Translations under genes and position numbers: made by a program
Assembly (NCBI RefSeq): GCF_030028105.1
Contig: NC_092381.1
Span: 60,352,505-60,416,504 of the forward strand
Length of the DNA: 64,000 bases
From: Mobula birostris
Taxonomy: Eukaryota
Direction of reading: 5' to 3'
The notes under the pieces: model-generated
Database searches by the model: none
What the model was told of the DNA's origin: nothing
The model's input: only the letters and a program-made list of their open reading frames with translations
In this document: in pieces, positions 37,779-51,608 of the stretch
Numbering within the stretch: position 1 is the stretch's first letter
Layout: every line of letters starts with the position of its first letter

Positions 37779-39296
37779 CTGAAAAATAAGCAGGTTCAAG
37801 ACAGTGAAGACAATGAAAAGAAAGCTGAAGACACCCATGTGATGTTGATTCTTTGTGAATTAGGTAATATGTTTTGCCAAAAAAAAAATCAGTGCAGCTT
37901 ATTAAAGTACAAGAATGCTACAATACTTAAGGGTTGACACAAGTACATACAGGGCTTCCCTTTTAAAATAATTCAAAATAAAACAATCATGTTGGATTGG
38001 GGGAAAGGATGGGTTAAGAAAGCTAGGCGTTGTTGTTTGCTACCTAACAGCTGACTAGCAGATCATCCATGTAAATCATCCCACTCTACTCTACCAGTTT
38101 AGGTGCAGTTTTAAGTGTTCAATTGCCAAGTAAATTTGTTGGTATTATGTCTTTTGGCTCTGCTACAAACAATAGCCAATTACATAAGGCACCTAGGATG
38201 GTAGACATCCTGGACACCATTAAGAAAAAAAGTCCGGAGAAACATCCATCTGTATTGACGCAATTCATTAGGAACAAAAAATATATTGGAAATAGGCTTA
38301 AATTGTTCCATTTTAGAACTGGATTAAAACAGCAACAAAAACATAATACGTGATGAATCTTAACAGATTCCTTTAGAAACTGCAACCAGTTGGAGGCTTT
38401 ATACTCATTGCTCACTCCGCCTACACAAAATTAGTCACCAAGTGTTAAACAGACAAAACCAAAATAGGGAAACAGGAATACACGAGATCAATAACTGTGT
38501 TGATATGACAGATAAAATTTAGCAATTAAAGATATTCTCTCAGATATTATTATTTCTCTACTTTTAAAGGGTAGAATATATGTGATTGGCATTAATGGTT
38601 TAATAGCTTTGTCAATTTATATCCCTTCATTTTTATTAAAATTGAAGGTAAGCTTCTTAAGTCGAATGCTAGATGTTTGAAAATTTTGGGCTAAGAATTC
38701 ATCCTTAATAATCACAACTAAACACATGCCATAGTATCAGCTGCTCAAAGCGCCTCCAAGTCAATGAAACCATTTGTTTGGAGGAGAATATCAAGGGGAA
38801 TGAGAGTGCACCATCCACTCAGCATTGGTGGTCACAGATAATTGAAAAGTTCCACTTGCTATCTTGGACTTGACATTGGTTAGGAAAAATCTCTTCCATT
38901 GTAAACTCTACAACAAAGCCAATAGGAAGACTACACAAAGACAACTGATGCCTGTGAAAATATTCAGGGTTTTATGGCAAGGAAACAGGGATGTTGGTCT
39001 ATCTTGTCCTTGCCAATCAAGATGTCTATACCAGCTGGTCTCATTTTCCAGGATCCAGCTCATATCACTTACAATAGAAAGCCTTACAACAAAAAAGTAC
39101 TACTTCAGAAAGAACTACTATAAATGGACAAAGGAAGAAAGATGAATTTTTTAGACATTTTAAATTGAATCAGAAATCATATGCTAAAGAATAGAAATAA
39201 CAATGAATACAGGTACTGTGGGCCATAGTGTCTGTCCATGCTATACTATTCAATGTTCTACAGTCTATGCAATTGTTGAAGTTTGTTACAGTATCA

Positions 39297-39431
<135 letters not shown>

Positions 39432-39959
39432 TCAAACAAACATGAATGAATAGCAAAAGATAGCAATAACTGCATATTTAGGATCGTTAACTTTTCTTTC
39501 TAATACTGTACCAGTTAATAAAAAAAACTGTGGAACAGAATGTGTTGGATTCACTGTAGATAAATTTAATTGTTTGCAATCTGTTCCTGTGAGAACCACA
39601 TGGTAGTAATAATGTGCAAAACAAGGGCACAAAATAGTACGAATTGACTGTTGTAACACAATCACTGATCTCATATTTACTGCTATGGGAGTTTACCGAC
39701 TGAATGTCAGATGTGTTCTTCCACCGACAACAATGGGGGATGAACTTTTATTCAATGTATTATGTTTGGAAACTATTTAATGTACGCAAAGACATTCACA
39801 AGCACTTGTTAATGCCAGGTTTGCCTTTTAAATCATGGGAATTCATGTATACAATCTGACATTTTATTGTCCTGGATAAATAAGCCCAAGTCCCAGAATA
39901 TCATTGATGATTGTCTCTAATTGGTCTGGAGGAAAATAATTCCATGGGACTAGAAAGTA

Positions 39960-40486
39960 ATCATAGAAGCATAGAAAACCTACAGCACAATACAGGCCCT
40001 TTGGCCCACAAAGCGGTGCCAAACATGTCCTTACCATAGAAATTACCTAGAAATTATCTATAGCCCTCTATTTTTTTTTTAAGAACCATGTACTTATCCA
40101 GGAGTCTCTTAAAAGACCCTATCGTTTCCACCTCCACCGCCATCGCCGGCAGCTCATTCCATGCACTCACCACTCTCTGAATAAAAAATTTACCCGGCAC
40201 TTCCTCTGTACCTACTTCCAAGCACCTTAAAAATGTGTCCTTTCGTGCTAGCCATTTCTGCCTTGGGAAAAAGCCTCTGACTATCTACACGATCAATGCC
40301 TCTCGTCATCTCGGACACCTCTATTAGGTCACCTCTCATCCTCCGTCACTCCAAGGAGAAAAGGCCAAGTTCACTCAACCTATTCTCATAAGGCACGCTC
40401 CCCAATCCAGGCAACATCCTTGTAAATCTCCTCTGCACCCTTTCTATGGTTTTCACATCCTTCCTGTAGCGAGGCGACCAGAACTG
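39960..40486 (-). mobile_element. Intronic CR1 3' fragment (same subfamily as 17236-17760)
   Basis: Closely collinear with 17240-17755. Confidence 0.88.
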
Positions 40487-41263
40487 GAACTAACCGATGA
40501 AAGCGAGGAACAAAACTACATATCCTACTTTTGCACAAAATGTTGAAATCCATAACTTCAAAATCTTGTTTGATAGCTTATCGAGAAAATATATTGTGTA
40601 ATATATTATTGAACAATGCTGATTAGGAGGTTTACAAGTTCTATCCTATTTCCGCACTGAACTTAGCTCACTTCAACTTGGTTACTGATTATGGGATGGT
40701 AATTAGCTTTAGTATTTCTAGGCCTGGGAAAGGGAACAGAACAAACAGTAGTTGTATTTGATTGTAAACCCATGATTGAAGTGGGGAAGGCTACCGATAG
40801 TCAGAATTAGATAATTCAATTTACAAATAATTGAATCAGTGATGAACTAAAACATTATATAACTAATAACTCAGTACTATAATGAAATGAAGCTTTGATT
40901 TGGCAAATCTACAATTATACATTTTCTATCATAATCACTGTGTCATGCTGATAGCTGCAGATAATAATCAGCAAGAATTGAAAGGCGATCCTGGGTTTAG
41001 GGCATAAACTTAATCATTGTAGGAACATAGAAAGATAATCTGTTTCATGCAGCAGAAAGAGTTATTGGAAAAGAGGTGCAATAGTTCTGGTTGTAATAGA
41101 TTGAGAATTAGGCAAGAATGAAATAGGTTTGGGAAACAAGATGTTTTGGTAGTGATTCTGTGCATTTCACTTCAGAAAACATTTAACTGGCTGTAAAAGA
41201 CTTTAAGAGTATTCTCTGGTTATAATGAATCCAATGCAACTCCTTTTTTTACATTGTACTTAC

Positions 41264-41428
41264 ATCTAGTGCTGGTGTTAAAAGAAGAATATGCGTAGAC
41301 TGAGCAACATCAGCAGCATGCAGACTATTATGGTAGGCTACGTCACAATGGTAGTGGTCCTCCAGTGTCATGATGTATGTAACAAATGTATCCACTGGGA
41401 TCCGAAATGTCTTCAGCAGATCCCTCTC
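41264..41428 (-). CDS. pde4b: pde4b catalytic-domain exon ([10 protein letters not shown]...[24 protein letters not shown])
   Basis: 165 nt, AG acceptor and GTAAGT donor. Contains the YHNxxHAADV metal-binding motif. Confidence 0.96.
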
Positions 41429-41629
41429 CTATTGAAAATGGATTAAAAATGTAAATTACACATCAATTTAAAATCAACATAGAATCATTTTGGGCTGCAT
41501 TTCATTTAACTTTTTTGTGCAGAAAATAATTACTTTTACTTTGTTAACTAGTGCATTGAAATATATTCAATAGTAGTAACAACTGAACTAGAAATATCCA
41601 GAATTCACTGCTCGCTTGACCTTACTGAC

Positions 41630-41728
41630 CTGAAAGATGCTGTACATAATGCAGGTGAGAGGTCGATTGTTTGAAAACTCTGCCACTTTGAATATGTTAA
41701 GTCCCCATTTATTCAGGTCATCCAGTTC
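41630..41728 (-). CDS. pde4b: pde4b catalytic-domain exon ([33 protein letters not shown])
   Basis: 99 nt, tttgcag acceptor, gtcagt donor. GLNIF and RPLTCIMY are PDE4B-type. Confidence 0.96.
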
Positions 41729-42239
41729 CTGCAAAGATAAGGACATTGGAATACAGCAATTACAATAAATTCCTCAGATATTTATGAAAACCGTATGGAA
41801 ATATTGCATCCACACATATCATTTCACAGTTTTTATCTAAAATGTGCTAATACAACAGTTTCATTTCTATAAAGGACATGCTAGTCTTGATGCAGACACA
41901 AGTCTTGATGCCCTTCTCTCACTGTTACCATCAGGTAGGAGGTACAGAAGCCTGAAGGCACTCACTCAGCGATTCAGGAACAGCTTCTTACCCTCTGCCA
42001 TCCGATCCCTAAATGGACATTGAACCCTTGGACACTACCTCACTTTTTTAATATATAGTATTTCTGTTTTTTTGTACAATTTTTAATCTATTCAATATAT
42101 GTAATGTGTAATTGATTTAGTTATTTATGATTATTATTATATTAACAACAGGAATTCTGCAGATGCTGGAAATTCAAGCAACACACATCAAAGTTGCTGG
42201 TGAACGCAGCAGGCCAGGCAGCATCTCTAGGAAGAGGTA

Positions 42240-42277
42240 CAGTCGACGTTTCAGGCCGAGACCCTTCGTCCGGACTA
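42240..42277 (-). ncRNA. Minimal hammerhead motif in a pde4b intron (sense), core U4>G variant
   Basis: UAGUC-CGGACGA-AGGGUCUCGGCCU-GAAA-CG-UC-GACUG, inside Penelope-like fragment 42143-42335. Confidence 0.65.
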
Positions 42278-42580
42278 ACTGAAGGAAGGGTTAGTAAGAG
42301 ATTTGAAAGTGGGATGGGGAGAGGGAGATCCAAAATTTTATGGATTTTGTGTCTTTGCACTGTACTGCTACAAAATGAAGTCAAGTTCATTGTCATGTGC
42401 ACAAGCATGTGCATGCAAACATGCAATGAAAACCTTGCAGCATCATCACAGACACATAATCTTACATCAGCAGCATTTGTGAATAAAACGTCTATAAATA
42501 ATCCACTTTTTTTTACAAGAAACACAATTAGAACAAGAAAAAATGTCTATTTTAGCACTGTGGACATAGTGTTGCTAAGC

Positions 42581-42653
42581 TGTAGTGACCAGGGCTTTAC
42601 CAGTTGTAGTGACCAGGGCTTTACTTTACCAGTTGTAGTGACCAGGGCTTTAC
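42581..42653. repeat. Tandem triplication of a 24-bp unit inside a LINE tail
   Basis: (cagt)tgtagtgaccagggctttac occurs three times with no unique spacers. Confidence 0.9.
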
Positions 42654-43137
42654 CCGTTGGTTCAACAACCAACTGGTTGCAGGGAAGTAACTCTTCTTGA
42701 GCCTGGTGGCAAGGAGATTCAGTACTCCTGCCCGATAGTAGCTGCAAATTGATGACGTGGTCTGGATGGTGGGAATACCTACTGCAATTGATTTACTTTT
42801 TTTCCTTTCTGCATTATCATGTATTGTATTGTGCTGCTGCTGCTAAATTAACAGATTTCATGACACATGCCGGTGATAATAAACCTGATTCTGATTCTGT
42901 ATACTGTGAGCAGTCAGAGCATTACACATTGGAAGGATGTAATGATCTTTGATCATTATGATCTAGCTTGTATTTACTGGAAAACCTGAACTTGCTGGAA
43001 TGTCGTCCACTGAGGGACATTACTTGTGGATCAGCCAAAATCCCACTGAAAAATAGAACAAGCTGGGCTGCAAAACTGTGAACTCCTTTTCTAATATTCC
43101 ATTGCTATAAAAGTTCACATGGAGGCTTGAATTGTAC

Positions 43138-43316
43138 CTTGGAAAGGCAATCTTCCATGTCAGTTTTGACAGCAAATCGGGGGATGCTTGAATATGTGAG
43201 GCTGGAGCTGTGCATCAGCTTTTTCACTCCGCTAATCTGTGTCATGAGCTGTTTCTTTTTCTTCTTGTCTCTCTCTTTCTGTGTGGGGGACGGCATCTCC
43301 ACATCATTCTGCTTGT
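43138..43316 (-). CDS. pde4b: pde4b exon, LR2 and start of catalytic domain ([13 protein letters not shown]...MEDCLSK)
   Basis: 179 nt with AG/GT boundaries. KQNDVE and [18 protein letters not shown] are PDE4B-type. Confidence 0.96.
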
Positions 43317-44539
43317 CTGTAACAAGAGAACAGAACATATGACACCTTGGGATAAATTAGAAATCCAAAAATAAAATTCTGCTTTATCTTCAAAAGAAAA
43401 ATACAATAGAGAAGAATACTAAAATAGGGGACATTTTTCACTGTGAGTGTAATTATTCACTTAAAGTACATAATAATAGTAAACCTAAAATGAACATAGA
43501 CCTATTGGGAAAGTTCAGAATTTTTGAAGTGGACATAATTTTATCTAGAAGGGAATGTGGGCAGTTACAGAGTGACTGCCCTTTATGCAGCCTACTCCAT
43601 TTTCCTTGCAGACCATTGTCAACATTGAATTGTATCTTCATTATTACCATAGCTTTCACAATGGAGTATATTGCTAATTATTTCAAAGCATTTTTTGATG
43701 AGAAGTAGTGGCATTTAAATATACTTTCAGCAGTTTCTATTTTATTTGTTCTGAATGTATAAATTTGCATAGGCACCAATAGCTCTCCTGTGCTTTGCCA
43801 AGCAGCCTCTGCGATCAGCTTGCTCTTCACAATTGGACAGCATCACAGTGTAGGCCAGTGTTTCACATGATCATTGTGTAAACTCAGACTGAGTAGTGAG
43901 AGCATGATTAATCTGGCTTTAATGCTCCTAGGCTAAGAATCACAACTGATGAACAGTTCCCACCCTTTGTTACTTGGGGAGTCTGTTTGATAATGTGAGC
44001 AGGGTGAAGTGGGGAGGGTGTTTGGGAGAAGGTGTGGCAGACCAGATTTGCCTATATTTGCAACAAAATATTGGTATTCCTCAAAACTTGTCATCAATAA
44101 AGAGATTAACAATTACAGTTCCAGGATCATGTTGAATTGTTTTCTTTTCCTTCTCAATAGTATGACATATTCATTTCATGAACTGACACCTTTCAGGGTG
44201 CCTTTTAAATTATTAACACTGGCCTACACTATAATGCTATCCAATTGTAAATAGCAAGCTGATAGCAATCGGGCTACTTTGAAAAAACTCTCTGCCCAAT
44301 TATTATCAACATATAACCTACAGCAGCAAGGGTCCCAACACACTTGACCACTGGTGTAGTAAGATTAGGAATGGCTATCATTCCACTCACAGACCACATT
44401 TTGGGAAGTCTGATCTGGCTGTCTTCTTCCTACCTGCACAAAGGCAGAGGCCTAAGAGCAGTGCTCCAGAGTTGGGGACAAGAAAGAAGTAGCTGCTGGA
44501 AGCAGAGGAGCAGCTACGGGATTGCTTTTGGTCAGTAGA

Positions 44540-46018
44540 CTAGGTTGTGTTCAAGTAGTCATTGGAGGATCTGAATGAATACACCAGGGTTGTCAAAGAC
44601 ATTATAAGACAGTTGTCTTCCCCAACCAGGAGGCCTGGAAGAACCAACGGATATGAAATCTGCTGACGGCCAGATCAGTGGCATTCAGGTTCGGTGACCA
44701 AGTATGATACAAGTCCAGGTACGATCTCCGTAAAGCCACCTCACATGCAAAGTGGAAGTTCTGATCCAAACTTAGGTCACTGAAGGATGCTCGACAGCTG
44801 TGCCAGAGCTTCAATGCTCTTACTTCTTACAAAGTGGAACTGGGCAACAATGGAGCTTCACTCCCAGATGAGCTCAATGCTTTCTATGTCCACTTTCACC
44901 GTCAAAACATGGACGAAGCTCTTCGAGCTTCTGCAGTTCCCAATGACCCTGTGATTCCAGTCTGTGAAGTCGACGTGAGAGCATCCTTCAGGAGGGTGAA
45001 CCCAAGGAAAGTATCTGGGCGAGTACTAAAAGCCAGTGCTGATCACCGAAATCTTTAACCTCTCGTTTCAGAAATCTGAGGTAGCGACTTGCTTCAAGAT
45101 GGCCAGTTATACCAGTACCACAGAAGAGTGTGGCAACCTGCCTCAATGACTATCGACGATTCAGCATATCGGAGGGAGATTGAAAATCTGGCTAAGTGGT
45201 GCCAAAACAACAACCTTTCACTCAATGTCAGCAAGACCAGGGAGCTGATTATTGACTTCAGGAGGAGGAAACCGGAGGTCCATAAACCAGTCTTCATCGG
45301 GGCAATCAGAGGTGGATAGGGTCAGCAACTTTAAATTTTGCATTAAGATTTCAGAGGATCTGTTTTTGGTCCAGCATTTAAATGCCACGACAAAGAAAGC
45401 ATGATAGTACCTCTATTTCCTTAGAAGTTTGCAAAACCTCGGTATGACATCTAAGTCTTTGATAAAGTTCTGATATGTGCAGATTATATTGGCTGGTTAC
45501 ATCATGGCTGGTATGGAAACACCCAAGTCCTTGAATGGAAAATGCTATAAAAAGTAGGGATACAGCCTAGTCCACCGTGGGTAAAACCATCCCCACCACT
45601 GAATAAATCGAAAGAGTGCTGTCGCAGGAAAGCAGCATCCATCATCAAGCACCCCCACCACCCGGGTCACATTTTCTTCTTGCTGCTGCCATCAAGAAGA
45701 AGGTACAGGGGGTTCAGGAACAGTTATTAACCCTCAAATATCAGACCCTTGAACTGGAGGGTATAACCTCACTTGCCCCATCACTAAACTGTTCCCCCAA
45801 TCTATAGACTTCTAAGGTCTATTCATCTCATGTTCTCTATTTACTATTTTTGTATTTGCATAGTTTATTGTCTTTTGCACACAAGCTGTTCATCCACCCT
45901 GCTGGGTGTGGTCTTTCATTGATTCTGTTGCGCTTCGATTTACTGTGTATGCCCACAAGAAAATAAACCTCGGGGTTGTATATAGTAACTATGTTAATAA
46001 ATTTACTTTGAACTTTGA
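44540..46018 (+). mobile_element. Decayed Rex1/Babar-type LINE with deletions
   Basis: SLPDELNAFY, WCQNNNLSLNVSKTRELIIDFRR and tail aataaatttactttgaactttga. Confidence 0.85.
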
Positions 46019-47647
46019 CACTGTGTCTTTTTGGAATGTTCACTAAAATCTAAATTTGATGTACTTAACAATTAGAAGTCTGAAGATGTGATTAAGAAAA
46101 TAATCTAAAACAAATGATTACTTCCCAAACAGTAAAAGGGAATTGCAATTAATATTTATAATAGAACCTTGAAGATTAGGATTGCAGCATATTAATTATG
46201 TCATGGACTTCTCTATTTCTTTTTCCAAAATATTTTATCAGTTTCATTTTAAATCCCATAATTATATTTCAATGCAGAATACATCTACTGGATCTGCGTG
46301 AATTTTGCATTCAGCACCAAAACCTCAGTTTCTCTTCAGACACATTGAATTGATGACATCCCACTGTGGTTTGTCTTCAACTATTAAGGTAACAGGTCAT
46401 TATATTCTTCGGAGGATAAGGGGCTTAATCAACCAGGATAATTTATACACCAGAATTCATAGGGTCTATTCCACAACTTAATTAAAGACCCTTGCAAAAG
46501 AAAGCAGTTCAGCTGAACCTGGTTGCATCAAAGCAGCACATCACAGAGGCCTTATTCACAAGCATCTTATCAAACTGATATTATTGGATGTTTTTTCACT
46601 CTGTACTATCAGTGAAGGGCTTCCCCTTCAAAGATTTCTTTGGCAAATTGGATGCTGATGGTGAGCAGCACAGAAAGGTTAATGACACTGTCTCAGCAGT
46701 GCTCCGTCATCTTCTAAATGAGCGGTCACAGATCTTCAGTCAGACTGAATTACAACAGTGCCAAGCCTGAACTATAACAACCAGTACTAGGTAGCAGACA
46801 TTACACAGTCAAATTGGAAGGACGTTCCAGAACATGCCCTTCAGGAGAGATGAGGAGAAAATTAGAGGACAAAGAAGTAACCTCATATTAACAAGCTGTA
46901 GCTGAGTGATGCTTGAGATTCGACTGATGAGAACTCAAGAAAAATATACCAAATGCAAAGTTTCTTTGAAAGAAGACACAAAGGACCAGGTGTTTAAATT
47001 TCAAAGATGATAAATGAAACTCCATAAAGTTATTTTTTCCCATGGAAACCACAAAGTAGGTAGAAGACTTGTGTTTCATCTGTCACTTCTTTGAGAGATG
47101 AATTTGATAAAAGTAAAGTTGGGCAAGAGTGCATTAGTTTTACTGGTAGTGATTTGAAGTATAGATTGCAGATCCTAGAAATGAGAAATAAAAACAAGAA
47201 ATGCTGTTAAATTTCTCTCACTTCTCTGTAAGTTAAAAACACGCCTGTTGTTTTTTTTAACATTCCCTCCTCTGATGAGGATTTTTTTGATCTGAAACAT
47301 GAACTCCTTAACTCTGTACAGATTGCCCCAGTCTTGCTGAGTAAACAGAAAGCACTTGGGACTGTTGTTGTGCCCATCATTATGACTTCCAGACACAACT
47401 GCTCTTTTGGGTACAACAATTTTTTTTCCCAAAGCTCTCTTCAGCCAATCATCTCAAGTTGAAGATCTCTAGTTATTCCTATCCCTGATCTTTCCAATTC
47501 ACTCTTTCAAGGCTTCCCTCAGTTTTACGCTCTTCCCTGAGACCCTAGATTAGCCAATCTCACTTTAAAATTTGTTACTACTAGAAAAGAATTGACATAG
47601 TCCCTCAACCTTTATAAGGCACTAGAAACTTCTGTAATTGAGGCATA

Positions 47648-48197
47648 CACAGAGGAGCCACTTTATTAGGTACAGGAGTAGGACCTGATGTGGTCTCCTG
47701 CTGCTGTACGCCATCTACTTCAAGGTTTGGCATGTTATTCATTAAGAGATGCTCTTCTGCACACCACTGTTGTAACACGTGGTTATTTGAGTTACTGTCA
47801 CTTTCCTGTCAGCTTGACCCATTCTGGCCATTCTCCTCTGACCTCTCTCATCAAAAAGGCATTTTAGCCCACAGAACTGCCATTCACTGGATTTTTTTTT
47901 TGTCTTTCATACCATTCTCTGTAAACTATAAACAGTTGTGTGTGAAAATCCCAGGAGATCAGCAATTTCTGAGAAACTAAAACCACACTGTCTGGCACTG
48001 ACAATCACTCCAAAGTCAAAGTCAGTTGGATCCCATTTGTTCCCTATCCTGATATTTGGTCTAAACAATGGCTGAACCTCTTGATCAAGTCTGCATGGTT
48101 TTTTTTTGCATTGAGTTGCTGCCACGTGATTGGCTGAGTAGATATTTGCATTAATAAGCAGGTGTACAGGTGTACCTAATAAAGTGATCACTGAGTG
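47648..48197. mobile_element. Non-autonomous Tc1/mariner element
   Basis: TIRs ...cactttattaggtaca / tgtacctaataaagtg...ctgagtg, preceded by TA. Transposase N-terminal remnant DFDFGVIVSARQCGFSFSEIADLLGFSHTTV on the minus strand. Confidence 0.85.
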
Positions 48198-48999
48198 AAT
48201 ATGTGGGCCAGAACAGGCTCTACCCAAAAAACTCCCAAATGTCAAATTTTTCCGAAGTTGCTTATCTTCATGACATTCAGAAACAAACAAAATGATTAAA
48301 ATGAGGGCAAGTAAAATAATATACATTTTTTATAAGAACTCTTAAATAATTAAAAAATGCAGCATCGAGTCTCCATTGGGATAATAGGTCTGTGGATCTT
48401 GTGCTCAGGAACTAACCTGAGTAAATACCCCAGTTTAGATGCTGGAGTGTCACAGCAAATCTATCCCCTAGTAGAATCTGTGATGGAGCAGCCATTAATT
48501 TGCCAGCAAAGCTTTGTCAATAAACTTGGGGATTCAGAATATCCTGGATATGTTTCGACATAGTGGATATGTGTTGGCAGCTCACTGCAGAACTACCAGA
48601 GAAAACAAGAAAATTTTGGGCCATGTCTTTGGCAAAAGTACATGTTTAGGAGCTGATTAGGTCAGCAAAAGAATTGAACAATAGGAAATGTTGCACTCAC
48701 TGAGCATTCCATCAAAAAAGTCTGGACAAATTCAAATTTTCAACTTGTTTGAATGAGAAATGATCAGATCTGGGGAGTGGTTTTGATGGACTATACGATT
48801 CAGACTTTCTGCTACATGCTAATTCAGCTTCACATTTCAAAATAAAATCTATGTTTATATTACAACTATTTACTGTTTACTATTCTACTGTTTAGAAGAC
48901 CATGATATTTAGATTTCCCTAGTTGTGATCCACTCCCTGGGCATTACAGTGACTGTGTCAGAATCATTAGTGATTTTTATGGCATTTATATTTGTACTG

Positions 49000-50232
49000 A
49001 GTAAGATGGCGGCATACTTGGATGCAGCAACCACTGTGGATCTAATCAAAGGTATATTTGTTTTCCTGTATGTCTTTTTTCATGGTTGCAGGTCACTGCT
49101 GGACTGCTGGACTATCCCAGCGTATTCTGTACCATTGTTGTGCTGTGGCATACCATCAAACAATCAGTGGGACTGATTGTCTTGGACATTTTTAGTGGGA
49201 ACACAAGACTTTACAGAGCACTGGTAAACTAAAATACTGCAATTCTGGTTCACTGGTGAGACTGACAGTAGGGGGAGGGCTGCATTGCTACGGTTGTGGT
49301 GAGGACAAGGCCTAGGCCATGAGAAGAGATACCGAGGCAAGCATCTCTGTGTGTGTACAGGAATTAGTATTGTGTTGGGGCCCGGTCCCTTCTGTTGGTG
49401 CTGCCCTCTGGTGTTCACTCTGTACTGCTCTCAGGTGCTCGCTCAGTGGAAAAGCAAGATGATCAAGACAGACATTGGTCAGATTGCACTTGGAATATTG
49501 TGAGCAGCTTTGGACCCCTAATCTAAGAAAAGATGTGCTAGCAATGAAAAGGGTCACAAAAATGATCCCAGGAAGGAAAGAGTTAACATACCAGTAGTGT
49601 TTGATTGCTCTAGGCCTGTATTTGCTGGAGCTTAGAAGAATGAGGAGGGATCACAATGGAACCTATCAAAATGTCTGGATAAAGTGGATATGGTGATTTT
49701 ACTTCCTTTAGTGGAGTTGCCTAGGACCAGGGGGCATAGCCTCAAAATTTATGAATGTCCATGAGGAAAAATATCCTTAGCCAGAAGGTGGTGAACCTGT
49801 GAAATTCATTGCCACAGACAGCTGTGCAGTCCAAGTCATTGGATACATTTAAGGCATAGGTTGATATGTTCTTGATTAACCAGGGTGTTAAAGATTAGGG
49901 GAGAAGGCAGGAGAATGAGCCTGAGAGTGATAATAAAACAGCCATGCTGGAATGACGGAGCAGGCTCTGTGGGCAGAATGGTCTAATTCTGCCGCTATTT
50001 TTTATGGTCTTAGAGTCTAAGGACAACATCCCGTAAATCTAGTCATGCCACTCAGACATATTGGCTATATTGTTTTTTTTCATTGTGACTATGTTTTTCT
50101 GAAACCATAACCACATGATTATATATTTACGCTATGTGCTAGGTGCTGTTGGTACTGTCGTTTGCACCTTAGCCCAGAGGAATGCTGTTTCCTTTGGCTA
50201 TATTCATATATGGTTAAGTGATAATTAATTTG
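49000..50232 (+). mobile_element. Non-coding element starting aagatggcggc with a Rex1-like tail, carrying a nested CR1 3' fragment (about 49440-50012)
   Basis: YY1-like AAGATGGCGGC at about 49003. CR1 piece LHLEYCEQLW...tatggtctta. Tail ttgcaccttagcccagaggaatgctgtttc...gataattaatttgaa. Confidence 0.55.
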
Positions 50233-50984
50233 AATGGCTGTCCCTAGTGAGTCATCAGGAGAGGAAACTCCTTTACCAATTGAACCATAAAATTATTTAT
50301 TCCACTTCTGTGAATAATTGAGTCAACGAGTGGAAAGCACACCACAGAATAAATCAGTATCAGATTTGTAGTGAAAATAGAGGCAATTAAAACCAATTAA
50401 CTGATTTCACATTGGTCAGCAAATACATAAAAAAGCCTCAGGGAGTATTTTGATAGGACTCTGGAAAATAATCCAAATAATTAAAAGGAAGGCATGTGGT
50501 CAATTCAGATGTTCACACGTTCAAAGGGATTAGATGGAAAATTAACTATTTTCCCACTAGCCTACCAAACAAATTGCTTCACAATGATAAACAATATGAA
50601 ACAGCAAAATAACACATGTAGGAATTAGAAGCAAAAGCCTGCAAATTCCATGGGTGCCAATCAAATAGTTCATAGCTAAAACAGAACATGCTTGGATAGA
50701 TACAGAAAATTTGATTTCCACACAGCTTTGCCAATTTAGCAGATAGCTGATTATATAATTGCACATCAGTATATGCAGCATATGTCTAATATGCTGGCTT
50801 ATATTAAATATTTGTTTCAAATTTGATTAAACTGCATGCAAGGAAAGTTCTCTTTGTAGAATTCACTCAAAAGTTATATTGGTACCCAATCAAATAGATC
50901 CAGGTGGCTCTGGATTGCTAATCTAGTTGAAATGGCTCAGGTGATCTTAGAGCATTTCCCCATGTAAAAATACTATAGATGGGG

Positions 50985-51325
50985 AGAGTGGGGATAAGAT
51001 GATGAGAGGCATTGATCATGTGGATAGCCAGAGGGTTTTTCTCAGGGCTGAAATGGCTAGCATGAGAGGGCACAGTTTTAAGATGCTTGGCAGTAGGTAC
51101 AGAGGAGATGTCAGAGCTAAGTTTTTTTTTATAGAGTGGTGAGTGCGTGGAATGGGCTGCCGACAATGGTGGTGGAGGCAGATACGATAGGGTCTATTAA
51201 GAGACTCCTGGACAGGTATATGGAGCTCAGAAAAATAGAGGGCTATGGGTAACCCTAAGTAATTTCTAAGGTAAGGACATGTTTGGCACAGCTTTGTGGG
51301 CTGAAGGGCCTGAATTGTGCTGTAG
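50985..51325 (+). mobile_element. CR1 3' fragment (same subfamily as 17236 and 39960 copies)
   Basis: Reverse complement of the 17260-17580 segment. Confidence 0.85.
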
Positions 51326-51362
51326 TTTTAAGATGATTAGAGAGACCAAAGCACACAGGGTA

Positions 51363-51608
51363 TGTGATGCACTATCAATTACTCCAAAAGACTGGAAGTA
51401 GAGTAAATACCGAAAGGCTTTTATTAACAAGTAAAATGGACCCACGTCCATGCTGAGTATCTGTCCTGGACTGAGAGGAGCAGCCATGGCACAAACGCCT
51501 TTATTCAGGGGTCTGTGGGAGGAGCCACAGGAGCAGTCAGCAGAGGGGTGTGTCCAGGCCTGTCCAGACAGGTAACCCAGTTACAACCTATACACATGGT
51601 TTACCACA
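51363..51608 (-). mobile_element. Solo LTR, probably Gypsy
   Basis: Minus strand TGTGGTAAAC...GCATCACA, 246 bp. Two AATAAA motifs (51500-51505 and 51420-51425). Both flanks share gta. Confidence 0.7.

Larger units (their letters stand above)
41905..42900. mobile_element. Cluster of Rex1/Babar 3' fragments in both orientations with a Penelope-like fragment (42143-42335)
   Basis: LPSGRRYRSLKALTQRFRNSFLPSAIR, (tta)n tail and gataataaacctgattctgattctg tail. Confidence 0.75.

Noticed and set aside
42581-42653. CRISPR-like array
   Set aside because: No unique spacers and a eukaryotic LINE-tail context. It is a simple tandem duplication.
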